A stretch of DNA of 64,000 nucleotides from Lophium mytilinum (Eukaryota). The notes under the pieces are model-generated. The model was not told where the DNA came from and ran no database searches. It was given only the letters and a program-made list of their open reading frames with translations. A program made the translations under genes and the position numbers. Positions 50,539 through 61,206 of the stretch are shown one piece after another; the first letter of the stretch is position 1; each line of letters opens with the position of its first letter. Location of the stretch: the NCBI GenBank assembly GCA_010093605.1, contig MU004186.1:1716616-1780615 (forward strand), given 5' to 3'.

Positions 50539-51385
50539 AAGGCGCCGGATGACCCCCCTGGCCGATTAATCCTTACACTTACGCGATGTTACAAGCTTGA
50601 GACCGGAAATCGAGCTCTAAGATTCTGAATTAGGATGGCGAAATCTAAAGGTTTGGGACTATGAATAGACAAGGAGAAAAGTGCATTTTGAAAATCGGGA
50701 ACCAGTCTATAGGACCCATAGCCTAACGAATCTGGGAGAACGAGATGTAAAGAACCAAAGGCTAGGAATTGGCGGTGTGGCAAAGAGTGCTTGGGGCAAG
50801 ACTTGGTAAGCCTTCGAGATATGCAAATGATCGATGGAGACTGTGCAAACTAGGGTGTGCAGCATTGTGTTACTATGGAGCTTGAACTGAGTCAGAAAAG
50901 CGGGAATTCTGACAGTAACGATTACCAGATGGCCCCCTTGACCCTCCCGTCGTTAGACATGCATGATGTAAAGGACTTGGGGCTGCGAACTGAGCCGCTC
51001 TGGCTTTCCAAATCGGCCCCTTAAGTGGAACCGCGCGGCGTTTCCGCAGTGTAGTGAAGAACCCGAAACCCGATCGGGAAACATGAGTCAGCAAAAGCGA
51101 CACGCGAGACGCCACTTAGTGCGGGATCGACACAGGGATGTTAGCCATAGGGCTGCAAGCGAACGATCGAAGAGGAAACAGGACCTCAATGATTATAAAT
51201 TATAGAGCTGCAAGAGTGGTGACGCGGATTTGAAGTGCTGAGAGTATATAAGGTGCTGGAAAGTCAAGACATCTAAAGCAACAATCTCAGTCCACTCTTC
51301 TAGGAATCAGCTCGATTCGAACAACCATTCTCTCTCAATTGACTATCTAAAAATCAGATCTAAGAACCTATTAATTCACCTCAAG

Positions 51386-52221
51386 ATGGCTTCATACGTG
51401 ATTGCAGGGGCTTCTCGAGGCCTTGGGGTATTCCCCCCTTCCTCCTCGTATCTCCATCAACTTCTCTGACCAAAGCCTAGTATCAATACCTCCAAACCCT
51501 CAGCTCGAACCCCTCCAACACTGTCATCGGCCTCGCCCGGAACCCCTCCGCGGTGAAATCACAGCTCGCTAGCGATGGCATCACAAACGTGCACATTTTC
51601 GCCGGCGACTTGACCTCTCCCTCGTCCCTCTCCGCCGCCGCGACCGAAGTGTCTAAAATCGCAAACGGCAAAGTCGACCACCTGATCGTCAACGGCGCCT
51701 ATGTTTCCGACAAGACTAGTAGTCTCACGCCCACCGGCTTCATTGGCAACGAAGAGCTCCTAAAATCTGACTTCGAGGCCTCGATCAACACGAACGTAGT
51801 CGGTGTGATCTACACCATCAACGCCTTTCTCCCCCTTATCAAAGCTGGTTCCGTCAAGAAGGTTGTTGTGATCTCAACTGGAATGACTGAGCCTGATCTG
51901 ATCAAAGAGGCGGAGGTTGCGGCGAGCGTGACGTATGCAGCGAGCAAGGCCGCGACGAACGTAGTTGTGTATAAGTACGCAACTGAACTGAAGAGCGAGG
52001 GTATCATCTTCCTTGCGCTGAGCCCGGGGCTTGTGAGGACGGGGCTGCCCGAGGAGATGTATGATTATCTGGCCGAGGTGTTCCGGAAGTATGAACCTGG
52101 CTTCAAGGGGGCTATTTCGACGCAGGAGAGCGTGGAGGCACAGTTGAAAGTTATCCAGGGGGTGGGGATTGAGCAGAGCGGGGAGTTTCTGTCACATCTT
52201 GGGACGAAGAGGTGGCTCTAG
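51386..52221 (+). CDS. short-chain dehydrogenase/reductase (CsgA/C-factor-like); one intron
   Basis: MASYVIAGASRGLG (GxxxGxG), VNGA, YAASK and LSPGLVRT motifs; TATATAA near 51245. Confidence 0.92.
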
Positions 52222-52431
52222 GAAATGATTAGTGATGAAAAGGGAATGCGGCTTCAAGTTCGTGACATTGCCTTAGTGTAAGGATGGATGGACTAGGGGG
52301 AGTTCAAATTGTTACCTATTCAACTATCTCTTGGGCGACTCTCGAACTATTACCTTCGATCTCTTGCATGTCACTTCTTTTCATCCTTCATGGGCCCGCG
52401 GTATCATATACCGCTATCTTCATATGCACAG

Positions 52432-52731
52432 CTAAAACACCGGTTCAGACAACTCATCTGCAGCATCGAACACGTCTTCCGGTAACACCGCGTTCACGTC
52501 CTTAAGGACCTGGTCACTGTGGCAAGCAAGCAGCGTCTCGAAGCGGGTCGTCGCGTTCTCGTATTTGGAGGGGATGTCCTTTACCTCGTACCCCAGCGTG
52601 GCGTTGATGATAGCCGTCAGGGCGTCTTTCGGCTCTTTCGCAACGTCGGCGGCGTCCTGCGTTATAACACAGATAAAGGTGAGTGTGAGCCGAGCGAGCT
52701 CCTCGAGTCTCTCGCGGTCGTCCTTGAACAA
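52432..52731 (-). other. protein-like terminal exon or gene remnant, start unresolved
   Basis: Open helical-looking frame of 99 aa with coding-like codon use. No ATG; an upstream in-frame TAG lies within a short GCCGGCAGGTCCGCC duplication. Confidence 0.3.
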
Positions 52732-53126
52732 ACGGGCAGGGCGGACCTGCCGGCAGGCCTAGGACTGGTGCGGCGGACCTGCCGGCGGCTTGGGAGGAGC
52801 AGCGATGTGTGGGCGACCCAGTAGCGAGAGTGTAGATTGGGGAGCGGTGGAGCTGGTGGGTATGGTAAAGGTGGTAAAGGTAGTAAAGGTGGTGAGCGAT
52901 GGTTGAAGGGAGAGCTGTCGTAGCCGTTAGATATACCTCACATCTCAACCAGTATATTCAAGGAGGCCTCCCAAAGCCCTCTACGTTTACACATCGTCTA
53001 CGACTACTAGCCGGATCTTTATCTCGAATTTAGTACATTTTCTTAGCTTCAGGCCATTTAGAGGTGACTTACACGGTGTATGCGTCCCTATCCTCCACTC
53101 CTCGCTAACCTCTCTCAACCACCCAA

Positions 53127-54200
53127 CTACCCCAAGATCTCCACTTCCGCACCACCAGGAACCCGTGGCCCCAAACTCGTCTGCGCAAGCCACACGGCCT
53201 CCGTTGCTTTCCCCTCACAGTTTCTTATATTTTTCGGCCCATTGACTCCCAAAGTGAACTCACACTTCGCCGCCAACTTCCTCCAAACCTGCATCACCAC
53301 ATCCCCCTCCCAGCGATACAACCTGCAAAGCGTCCAACAGTCCTCCTGCTCACACCGCACATCGAACAGAAACACGCTCCTCCACGTCCTGACCGCACAC
53401 GGCTTGGTATCCACCCACTCCCCACAAGCGCTCATGTGCGCACAGAAGATCGCCGGCCTACCAAGCGCCGTCAACGCCGCACGGAGCGTGTTTTTAGTGA
53501 GATCCTCGCCCTGCGCAAGTTTCAGCACGCCGATGTGTTGAAACATGACCCATTTGTGGATCTGCGGCGGGTGGAACCAGGCTGGCTCCCGCGTGGACCA
53601 GAAAGCGCCGTAGAGATGAGAGGGGTGCCGGCAGAGCGTCGGCCGGTAGATTTCTGCGGCGGCCGCGAGCTCGGCGTGAGAGAAAGTAAAGTGGGCGCAA
53701 AGGCGGACGCGGGTGGTTGGTTCGGCGCCTTTGCAGAGTCGTTCTTCGGGTGGTTTGGAGAGCTCCGTGGGGGAGAATGCGGTGGAGAGGTGGTCGAGGC
53801 GGCAGTATGAGCAGTAGAAGTTGGTGGAGACTGATAAGCCTTCGATGGTCCAGCGGCTTTCTCTTTCGCGTCTGCAGCTGGCGATCAAGGCGCGTTCTTT
53901 GGCTTCGGTTTTGGCGGTTGTTTTGTCGTCGCGGAGGGACTGCTTGAATCTTTCTTTTGCTTCGTGGCTGCCCATGTTCGTGGAATGGGGTACGGTGTGC
54001 CAGAATTTGGAGCACGCTAAGCGGAAAGACTGTACTTCGAGGTGGGCTAGGTGCTCTATCACTATGAAGATAAGTTCCGTTGGTAGGTTATGCAGCTGGC
54101 TAATCGTCATGTTCTTTAATCTTTCGGGTTCTCCGCGAGGCTGATAAAGGCAGTCGGGGAAGTCTTTGGGTGGTCCTTGCGGGCGACGTCGAGGAGTCAT
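53127..54200 (-). CDS. F-box domain protein
   Basis: LHNLPTELIFIVIEHL...FRLACSKF F-box motif followed by a Cys/His-rich region (CSYC..H....FS......R.C). Confidence 0.8.
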   Translation of the reverse strand: MTPRRRPQGPPKDFPDCLYQPRGEPERLKNMTISQLHNLPTELIFIVIEHLAHLEVQSFRLACSKFWHTVPHSTNMGSHEAKERFKQSLRDDKTTAKTEAKERALIASCRRERESRWTIEGLSVSTNFYCSYCRLDHLSTAFSPTELSKPPEERLCKGAEPTTRVRLCAHFTFSHAELAAAAEIYRPTLCRHPSHLYGAFWSTREPAWFHPPQIHKWVMFQHIGVLKLAQGEDLTKNTLRAALTALGRPAIFCAHMSACGEWVDTKPCAVRTWRSVFLFDVRCEQEDCWTLCRLYRWEGDVVMQVWRKLAAKCEFTLGVNGPKNIRNCEGKATEAVWLAQTSLGPRVPGGAEVEILG

Positions 54201-54768
54201 TGTGTTATTGGTGGTTATCCGCTGGTATTATTTGAAGCAGTTGTCGAAGCTGGAGTTGGAGAGACGTGGAGCTCGAAGGTGGTGGGTGTGGATGACTTTA
54301 TATACATAATCTTCAACCATGGTTCCGATTGAAGCTATTGTCCGATGATTCACGTTCTCGTCAAGAGCTGTGACTAGAACATCAAGATACCCAGAGAATG
54401 TTTTCATATCTCGTATAACATTTTCTGTCATTGCTTGCAGTGCCTCGCAGTGGTAGAGAAAAGTAGGCGAATCAGACCTGTGATCTGTTGTCCTATCTAT
54501 CTATTAGTACGTCAAAAGCCTCTAAGGAGGGGCAGGAAGCTGTACCGAAATCTCCAACAAGGCACTTATACCAAAAGTAAGTCGATGCGACGGACCGCAC
54601 CTCCCACCCGTAACACGTTCATTTGCCCTAACTACCGGTTGCTCAAAACTGGAGCTCACAAACATAAGAAACACATCAAGGCACCCTCAGACAGCGCCAG
54701 GAAACTGCATACAGAACCATGACAAAGCGTCAAATAACTGAGTTTTCCAGAGTGTACCTTGAATCCGA

Positions 54769-55492
54769 CTAAGTCTCAATCTTAAAGCCATACTTGACCG
54801 GTCCAAGACAAACCTTACTATGCGTGCTTCCATGTGCCCTCTGGCACTCCACCGAGCAATACTTCGTAATCTCGCACTGTAGACACTCCGTGAACCTCCT
54901 CAAAGGACCCTCACCACAGCAGCCACACTGGCTAGGCGCCCACAGCTCCGGGGGCATCGGGAGCTTGCCTTTCCTTAGATACAGATACTCCAGCCAGCGA
55001 TCCAGCAGCGAGGCGTAGGGCATCGTGGAAACGAGCGTAGATCCAACCTCGATGTCGTTGTATTTCTTTGGAAGGTCGAAGACTGGTGCAGACGCCCTGG
55101 CCGCCCATAAGACCCTGGAGTGGATTTTCCAGCGATAGCCCTGGCATTCAAGTCTCAGGTCGCCTGGGTCGCGGTCTATGTAGAGGCCGACCTTTGCAAT
55201 GCGGGCAGGGGTTCTAGACTATATGAGCGGGAACACGGGGAGCAGGCTGTCAGAACTGACAGTTGGACCGTGCGAGGGATGCCGTATGCGACGGGGTGTT
55301 TCCATCGGAAATCCCCATTCCTGAATCTGCACATTCTGCGCCAGCTAGGTTCAAGTCGTCGGCGGGTGTACTGGAATGCTTGCTTCAACTTCCGCCCATG
55401 TCTGAGTGGCATTAGCGAAGCCACCACATAAGGGGGGTTTAGTTTGGATATACTTACATACTGGTGTCGTTGTTTATGGCTTCAGAAGCCAT
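54769..55492 (-). CDS. small protein with a partial BTB/POZ-like region and MYND zinc finger; 5' exons uncertain
   Basis: Last exon 55218-54769 reads DLRLECQGYRWKIHSRVL...LLDRWLEYLY, then CGCC...CLQCEITKYCSVECQRAHGSTHSKVC; candidate ATG at 55492 with a GTAAGT donor. Confidence 0.65.
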
Positions 55493-56340
55493 CGTAGCGA
55501 TGTGTGTCGAATAACCTTCAATGACAACAGTCGATTTGGAGGCCCGCGTCGAATTTGATAAGAGTAGCGATAGTCGATGTGGATATCCACGTAAGAGTGA
55601 AGGTGTACTCGTTGTATGACTGTAGAGCGAATGGATGGTGGAGTGGAATCGTTTTAGCTGGTGCAGCGTAGGTTCATAGACACTGCCGGCGCCTCCTTCC
55701 TTGCTTATAAGGAAAGCCAGTTGCTACATTTGTAGCACCATAAAGTCCATCGTCGTAACTTCTAGTGGGCGCCACTCGCCACTTTAGATAGCGGCTAATA
55801 GGCGTACATACACCGGACATGTGAACTATGGCTCCAGCCCTTTTCGTCGATGGATTGAAGGTCCATTTGCAACGGGAGAAGCGAGTATATGCCTTGATAA
55901 GGAAAGCACTCGAAATAGGAATGCGAGTGTCTCCAAGACTGTGGGGGCTTGAGAGCGGATGTCACAACAGTGAAAGAGCACATTGAATGAAGCAGATGAG
56001 TTTGTCGCGAAAGTCAAGCTCACCTTTTGGAAGGTCAGATTCTACAGTTACGAACCGGACGCTCTTCCAGCGCCCGTCACTTCCGCCACAGTGAGTTCAG
56101 AATGCCCCCTCGGGCTTCGTGCTTGTTCACTACAGGAGCCCAGGTGAATCCACTCATGCCTCATGCCAACCATCCAATTCCAATGCCCTGCCCATACCGT
56201 GTTTGCTCCAAGACCTCGTATACCTAAACACCTCTGGAAAGCACAATATTCAAACATCCCTCACTTCCAAAAAGCGAAGCCGTTCATTCCAACGTATGAA
56301 TGACGTCTCAACACTCCTTCTGTGCGTATCAAGAATAGGT

Positions 56341-58740
56341 TCACGCGCCAACCCCCAAGGCGCCCCTCCTAGGGCCCACGAAACCTCTCCGTTGCCTACC
56401 AGTCCTACCTCTACCCAGCCAATTGTACTTCAGCTCTTTCGTGAGGCGTTCCATTTTAGCTTGAGATTCATCTCCACTCTGTACGCTGGCTAGCACACTG
56501 ACGCATTGCAGCATCCTGCCAACAATCTCCGTCACCTTTGCAGAATCCATAGGCTGTGGTGGCGGTGGCAATGGCTGCGGCGCAGGAGAATGCGTTGACT
56601 GCGCTGAGAAAGAACCTGCTGAGGTATTCGAAGTTGCTCGTGAGCGAGAAGAGGGGAATGAGGTTGAGGATGCCGTGGATTCAAGTAGCCCAGAAGAGTT
56701 GTATGAGCTCATAGGACCATTCGCTCCATCGGAACCAGAAGTAGCTGTTCCAGGACGGAAGTCTGGGATAGGATTGGGGCTTTCGAGTCCTGCGTTCAGA
56801 TTCTCCAGGGACAATCGTGAAAATATGGCCATAAGAGTATCGTTGCGAGGAAGGACTACCGTGTCGCGGAAGGTGAGAAGAATGATTCTTCGCACATCCA
56901 AGCCTTCTCCTAACGTAGGGATGTTTTTATTGGCCGTCGACATATCGCTGTCTGGCATGGCTGTACCCCAAAAATCTGCTGCCGCCGGAGCAGTCATGAG
57001 TGGCCCTCGACCTTTGAACTCCAGGTCCAGCGGGAGTAGAACGGCTTGAAGGAACGGTAATATGGTGGTGAAAACAACGAGCCACATCTCGACCAAGTGC
57101 GGAATGAGGCGGTCATCCGGAATATGCCGAAGTGTTTGATCTAATGATGAAAATCCAGTCTCTAATAGCTCGCCAAGGTCTTCGATAAGAACTGTTGGTG
57201 CGCGCTTTTGAATGCATCTCCTGATGTGCACGGATACTAGAGCGTTGAAGTCTTCAATAGGCGGTCGTGGATCCTCGCCTTCGAATATAAGTAATAGCCG
57301 AGCTTTGAGCAGTGGCCAAGCGTCGTCTGGTGACATTCCTGGAATACCAAATGCGGCACCCAAAGTACTCATATCGCTTAAGTACCCTCCAAGGGCAGTT
57401 CCAGGAGAGGGCCCTCCGATCGACAAAGCGTTGCCAGGAGAGCTGCTTATGGGCCACTCAGAGCGCTCTGTGCTGAAGGACTGGTTTCTTTCCCTATATG
57501 GAGCTTCTAGCTCTTTCAAATATGGCGCTAAGGAAGCCACCTTCTCTTCCTTTTTCTTTTGCCTGAGTGCTCTTCCGCCATGTCTCAGATCAAGACCGCT
57601 TGCGAAGGAGCTTGAGTGCCCTGGTGACGCAGGGGCCGCAAATGAATATAGTGGCTGGGGCGCGTTTGGATCCGTCGGCCTCGAATTACTTGAAGCGGAC
57701 GATAAAGGTAGATGATGGTCGTCTTTATCCTTCAGCTTATTCTTTTGTCGTGACAGAAAGTGGTGCTTATGCTTCTCCTTTTCCTTCTCTCTCTCTGGTT
57801 GGAATGTCGTTGATCTTTCTAGTGGAACCAAAGTTGAAGTAGAAGCGTTTGCGGACGAGTAGATTGAGCTTGCGCCGGACATATTCGAGTCTACGAGACT
57901 GGTGGTGGATTGATTCATCATCAGTCGGTTCAGTGCAGTTGTGCTATGCATACCTATTTTATTCGGCGAGGGAAGCGCGGGGTGCTTCTTATCGAAGTCC
58001 TTGTCCTTGACGATGCCGATGCTCTTCGGCTTGGAGAACAGCTTCATCTTCGACTTTGACTTGTCTGGCTTCTGCATGTACATCTGTTGGTCCTGCGCTG
58101 CCGGCCTTGGCGATCCGTGCTCTGGCGGCAGGCCCGGAGAGTGCATAGGGCTTCGAGGGAATGCGACGTTCGCAGCTGTCGTTGCGGCCATCCTATGTCC
58201 CCCTACGAGGCCGTTCTGATATGTCACGCCGTTGGTCGCAAACGTCATCTTCGGCACTGGCGGCGGGGAAGCGGGCTGGCGCTTTCCCGTCGGCTGGCCA
58301 TTTCCTCCCGGGTCTGGTATTGTGGTAGAGCGCTTCCGCATGTGCTGGGGATTCTGGACATGCATGGCTGCTTGGGCCGCGATCTGGGAGGCCGTGAGGT
58401 GGTTCGTGTTCGACATGGTGGGCGTGGAGGAGAGGGTGGGCTCGAAGTAGCCCTGCGATCGCTGGCGGGGCCGATGGCCAAAGTGTGCAGGAATGGGCGA
58501 CTTCTGTTCCACGACGGATGTGTTGCTGTGGTTGCGCAGAGGGAGGTCCCGCGCGGGGAGGGGGTCCCGCGACGGCCGCGAGAAGTTGGGGCCTGAGGTG
58601 TCCAATAGCGACGGCGGCACTGGCGATCTGGAATCGATGCGCGGAGGCAATGGCGATAGGCGCTGCGTGGCCTGCGAGTCCTCCGAGTCGTCGTCGTCGC
58701 TGCTGGGCGTGACCACTGGCCGCGGAGGTGAGGGTGGCAT
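56341..58740 (-). CDS. BIT61: HbrB-domain protein, TORC2 subunit Bit61/PRR5 family
   Basis: Single exon of 799 aa with DDAWPLLKARLL.IFEGE, LQAVLLPLDLEF, FRDTVVLP, RMLQCVSVLASV and C-terminal GRGRTGRQRRGF. Confidence 0.85.
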   Translation of the reverse strand: MPPSPPRPVVTPSSDDDDSEDSQATQRLSPLPPRIDSRSPVPPSLLDTSGPNFSRPSRDPLPARDLPLRNHSNTSVVEQKSPIPAHFGHRPRQRSQGYFEPTLSSTPTMSNTNHLTASQIAAQAAMHVQNPQHMRKRSTTIPDPGGNGQPTGKRQPASPPPVPKMTFATNGVTYQNGLVGGHRMAATTAANVAFPRSPMHSPGLPPEHGSPRPAAQDQQMYMQKPDKSKSKMKLFSKPKSIGIVKDKDFDKKHPALPSPNKIGMHSTTALNRLMMNQSTTSLVDSNMSGASSIYSSANASTSTLVPLERSTTFQPEREKEKEKHKHHFLSRQKNKLKDKDDHHLPLSSASSNSRPTDPNAPQPLYSFAAPASPGHSSSFASGLDLRHGGRALRQKKKEEKVASLAPYLKELEAPYRERNQSFSTERSEWPISSSPGNALSIGGPSPGTALGGYLSDMSTLGAAFGIPGMSPDDAWPLLKARLLLIFEGEDPRPPIEDFNALVSVHIRRCIQKRAPTVLIEDLGELLETGFSSLDQTLRHIPDDRLIPHLVEMWLVVFTTILPFLQAVLLPLDLEFKGRGPLMTAPAAADFWGTAMPDSDMSTANKNIPTLGEGLDVRRIILLTFRDTVVLPRNDTLMAIFSRLSLENLNAGLESPNPIPDFRPGTATSGSDGANGPMSSYNSSGLLESTASSTSFPSSRSRATSNTSAGSFSAQSTHSPAPQPLPPPPQPMDSAKVTEIVGRMLQCVSVLASVQSGDESQAKMERLTKELKYNWLGRGRTGRQRRGFVGPRRGALGVGA

Positions 58741-59072
58741 GGTTGCAGATGGGCGTACAAGGTCCAGGCCGCTATAATGCAGGCATCCGGCTAGTATACG
58801 ATGTAAGAGGGCAGTTAGGAATGGAGAGCGAGGTCATGGCCAGCATGAAGCCAGTAGGTTTGAGGTATGTCTTAGTTGAGGAACTTGAAGGAGCAGCTGA
58901 GATTATAGCCGGCATTGACCTGAAGGGCGATCGTGCCTGCCAAGGGCAGTTAATCTTAGCTGGAGATCTCTCCGCAATCGTAACCCTCAACTTTCTCTCC
59001 CCGCCATACCACACCCTCTGCTTCTCGCCTTCACGATACACCTTGGGAGAAGAAGAAATCTACTTCGGCACC

Positions 59073-59345
59073 ATGTCTCCCCAACTTACCGCCCACTACG
59101 CCGCTCCCGCTCTCGAGACCCGCAAATTCACTTCCCCGCTTCCAACACTCCCGCCGTCGCCCACGACCTCCGACCGCACAGCCTTCCTCGAGGTCTTGCA
59201 GAAAGGCGTGGTGGGCCTACAGCTCGATATAAACGAGTTCCTGACCAAGAAGATGGACGAGGACAACAAGGCCAGCGGTAAACTAGCCGCCGAGGAGGCT
59301 AAAGAGGAAGAAAATTACGGCGAAGAGGTTGTGGAGGAAGATTGA
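59073..59345 (+). CDS. GON7: EKC/KEOPS complex subunit Gon7
   Basis: 90 aa with LTAHY, L..LQ..V..LQ.DINEFLT.KM.ED and an acidic EEENYGEE tail. Confidence 0.85.
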   Translation: MSPQLTAHYAAPALETRKFTSPLPTLPPSPTTSDRTAFLEVLQKGVVGLQLDINEFLTKKMDEDNKASGKLAAEEAKEEENYGEEVVEED

Positions 59346-60112
59346 TATTTCGAATTCACTTCGCTAGCTTTGCTGCCATGGAGGCTATTCAAAGGCTCAG
59401 CCTATCGAATCACGCCGTAGAAACCTCGCTCCGGTCGCCGAGCAATCCCGATTCCACTTCCCAAGCTCTCCGGTATCTTATTCGCGTATCGATAACTGCA
59501 TCTGAATCCATTATTTTGGATCCTATTAGGGGAGAACGTAACCTAAACGGAGGCCGCGGGGTCATCGGCAGCAGAAGAAAGGAGAGGCTTTCACGGAGCG
59601 TAAAAGTCTGAGGCGAAGCGGGATCACGAACATAAGGAGGTGATGAAGGAAGGACGATTGGCAAAAATCATGGAGGTGTAACAGACGGCGCCGTCAGAGA
59701 GGGTCCAGCAAATCAACAGATTTCATCAAAGTGCGAGATTATCGTCTCCCTCAGATCCAAGACATTAAAGCACCAAAGCCATGTACCCTATTCGAGGACT
59801 CTCACTGCGCACCTTCGGCTCCCGGGATCACTTCACTGATAATGACAGATCCTATGCCAGCGCCGAGCTCATGAACAACATCCATATCACAAGTGCCCAG
59901 GGAGCCAGTTGTCCACCCTACCACAACCACTATTCAGTAGCGACGTCCTAAGACCACAACTACATACATAAATTCAAAACACGGTCTCCTCAAGACCAAC
60001 CTCATTCCCACCTGCCTGTTTTGTTCTGAAGAGGGTCTAAAGCCGAATATCCAAACCTTGTCCCCGCCTAACACTCCCCCTGACTACTTACATAGCTGCC
60101 AGAGCCACCAAC

Positions 60113-60343
60113 ATGTGCGTCGAGATAACAACCTACTTCAAGACCTGCCGCCACGATTTCCGCCAAATCGTAGCGTGCAACCACTACCCAATGGACATCA
60201 CCCGATGTCCGCAGTACCGGCTCCGACGCGGTCACTGGCGCTACGGAAGCTGTCCGAACTGTCTCCCTGGCGATGACGCGCCGACGTTCCAGCGGCCAGG
60301 GCAGGGGGATGTGGAGGATTTGTATCGGAGGACAGGGGTCTAG
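60113..60343 (+). CDS. small Cys/His-rich protein of 76 aa, probably zinc-binding
   Basis: MC-x9-CRH-x7-C-x9-C-x14-CPNC pattern; CAACATG start context; upstream CATAAA and an intron-like acceptor in the leader. Confidence 0.6.
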   Translation: MCVEITTYFKTCRHDFRQIVACNHYPMDITRCPQYRLRRGHWRYGSCPNCLPGDDAPTFQRPGQGDVEDLYRRTGV

Positions 60344-61206
60344 AGGTCTCCTCGTAGACTGGCTGGAGGGTCGTATATACGGGACGCAGATATTAGATCA
60401 CAAATTTACACATATGAGCACGTTTCAAAGAAACAGAGACACACCACAAGCAACCTAGTCAGGTATTGGCAAAGGGATCCATTACGCTCTTCCCAAGCGT
60501 CGCTCGCCGACCGGCAAGTGTCTACGACTCGAATACACCTACGCTACAAATGACCCCTCCGCGGGCTTGCCCATCCATCCCTCCATCCATCCAACCTGTC
60601 GCCTCTCCCGATCACCCCCTCATCCAAAAATCCCTGCACCCTTCAGCTTCCTACTCTTCCGGCAACAGCCTCTCACCAACAACGGAAGCTCAGCCAAGCG
60701 CGCCGCATATTTTTCCCTATCGCAACCAAAAAAGCACAAGCGCAACAAACAAAAGAGAAGGGGATTGAAACGTAGGTAGTAAAACAGAGACTAATGTCAC
60801 AAATTGGGTGGTAGTGCGAGAGCGACGAACGGTCCATTCGGAGTATTAAGGAGTTTAAAAGTAAGTAGTGAGTTGGGGTCCGCAAAGCAAAGCAGAAAAA
60901 AAGAAACGTGAAAACCGCGGTGGCCGAAAACTAGCTCACACAACGCATGACCAAACAGAGGACCCCAGATATACTACTAGAAAAAGGGAAAGCAAATATA
61001 CGCGCCGAGGGGACCGGGATAAACCAAAAGATGCAGGGAAAGCACAAAACCACAATGATATCACAAAGACCCTAGATGCAAAGAGGGAAAACGAGAGGCA
61101 AGGACAACTAAAGTGGGTAAGTGGAGCAAATACAGACAGTGAAGCGGAGAAGAGAAAAACAGCTGTCAGGGGTGTTTTCAGAGGACTGCGGACGAGGGTG
61201 GCTCTG

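Noticed and set aside
46882..52221. Secondary-metabolite cluster (P450 plus SDR)
   Set aside because: No PKS, NRPS, terpene synthase or pathway regulator is present, and the P450 is a pseudogene.
58728..59072. N-terminal extension of GON7 in the ORF track
   Set aside because: It starts at GTG and spans the divergent promoter; Gon7-like sequence begins at ATG 59073.
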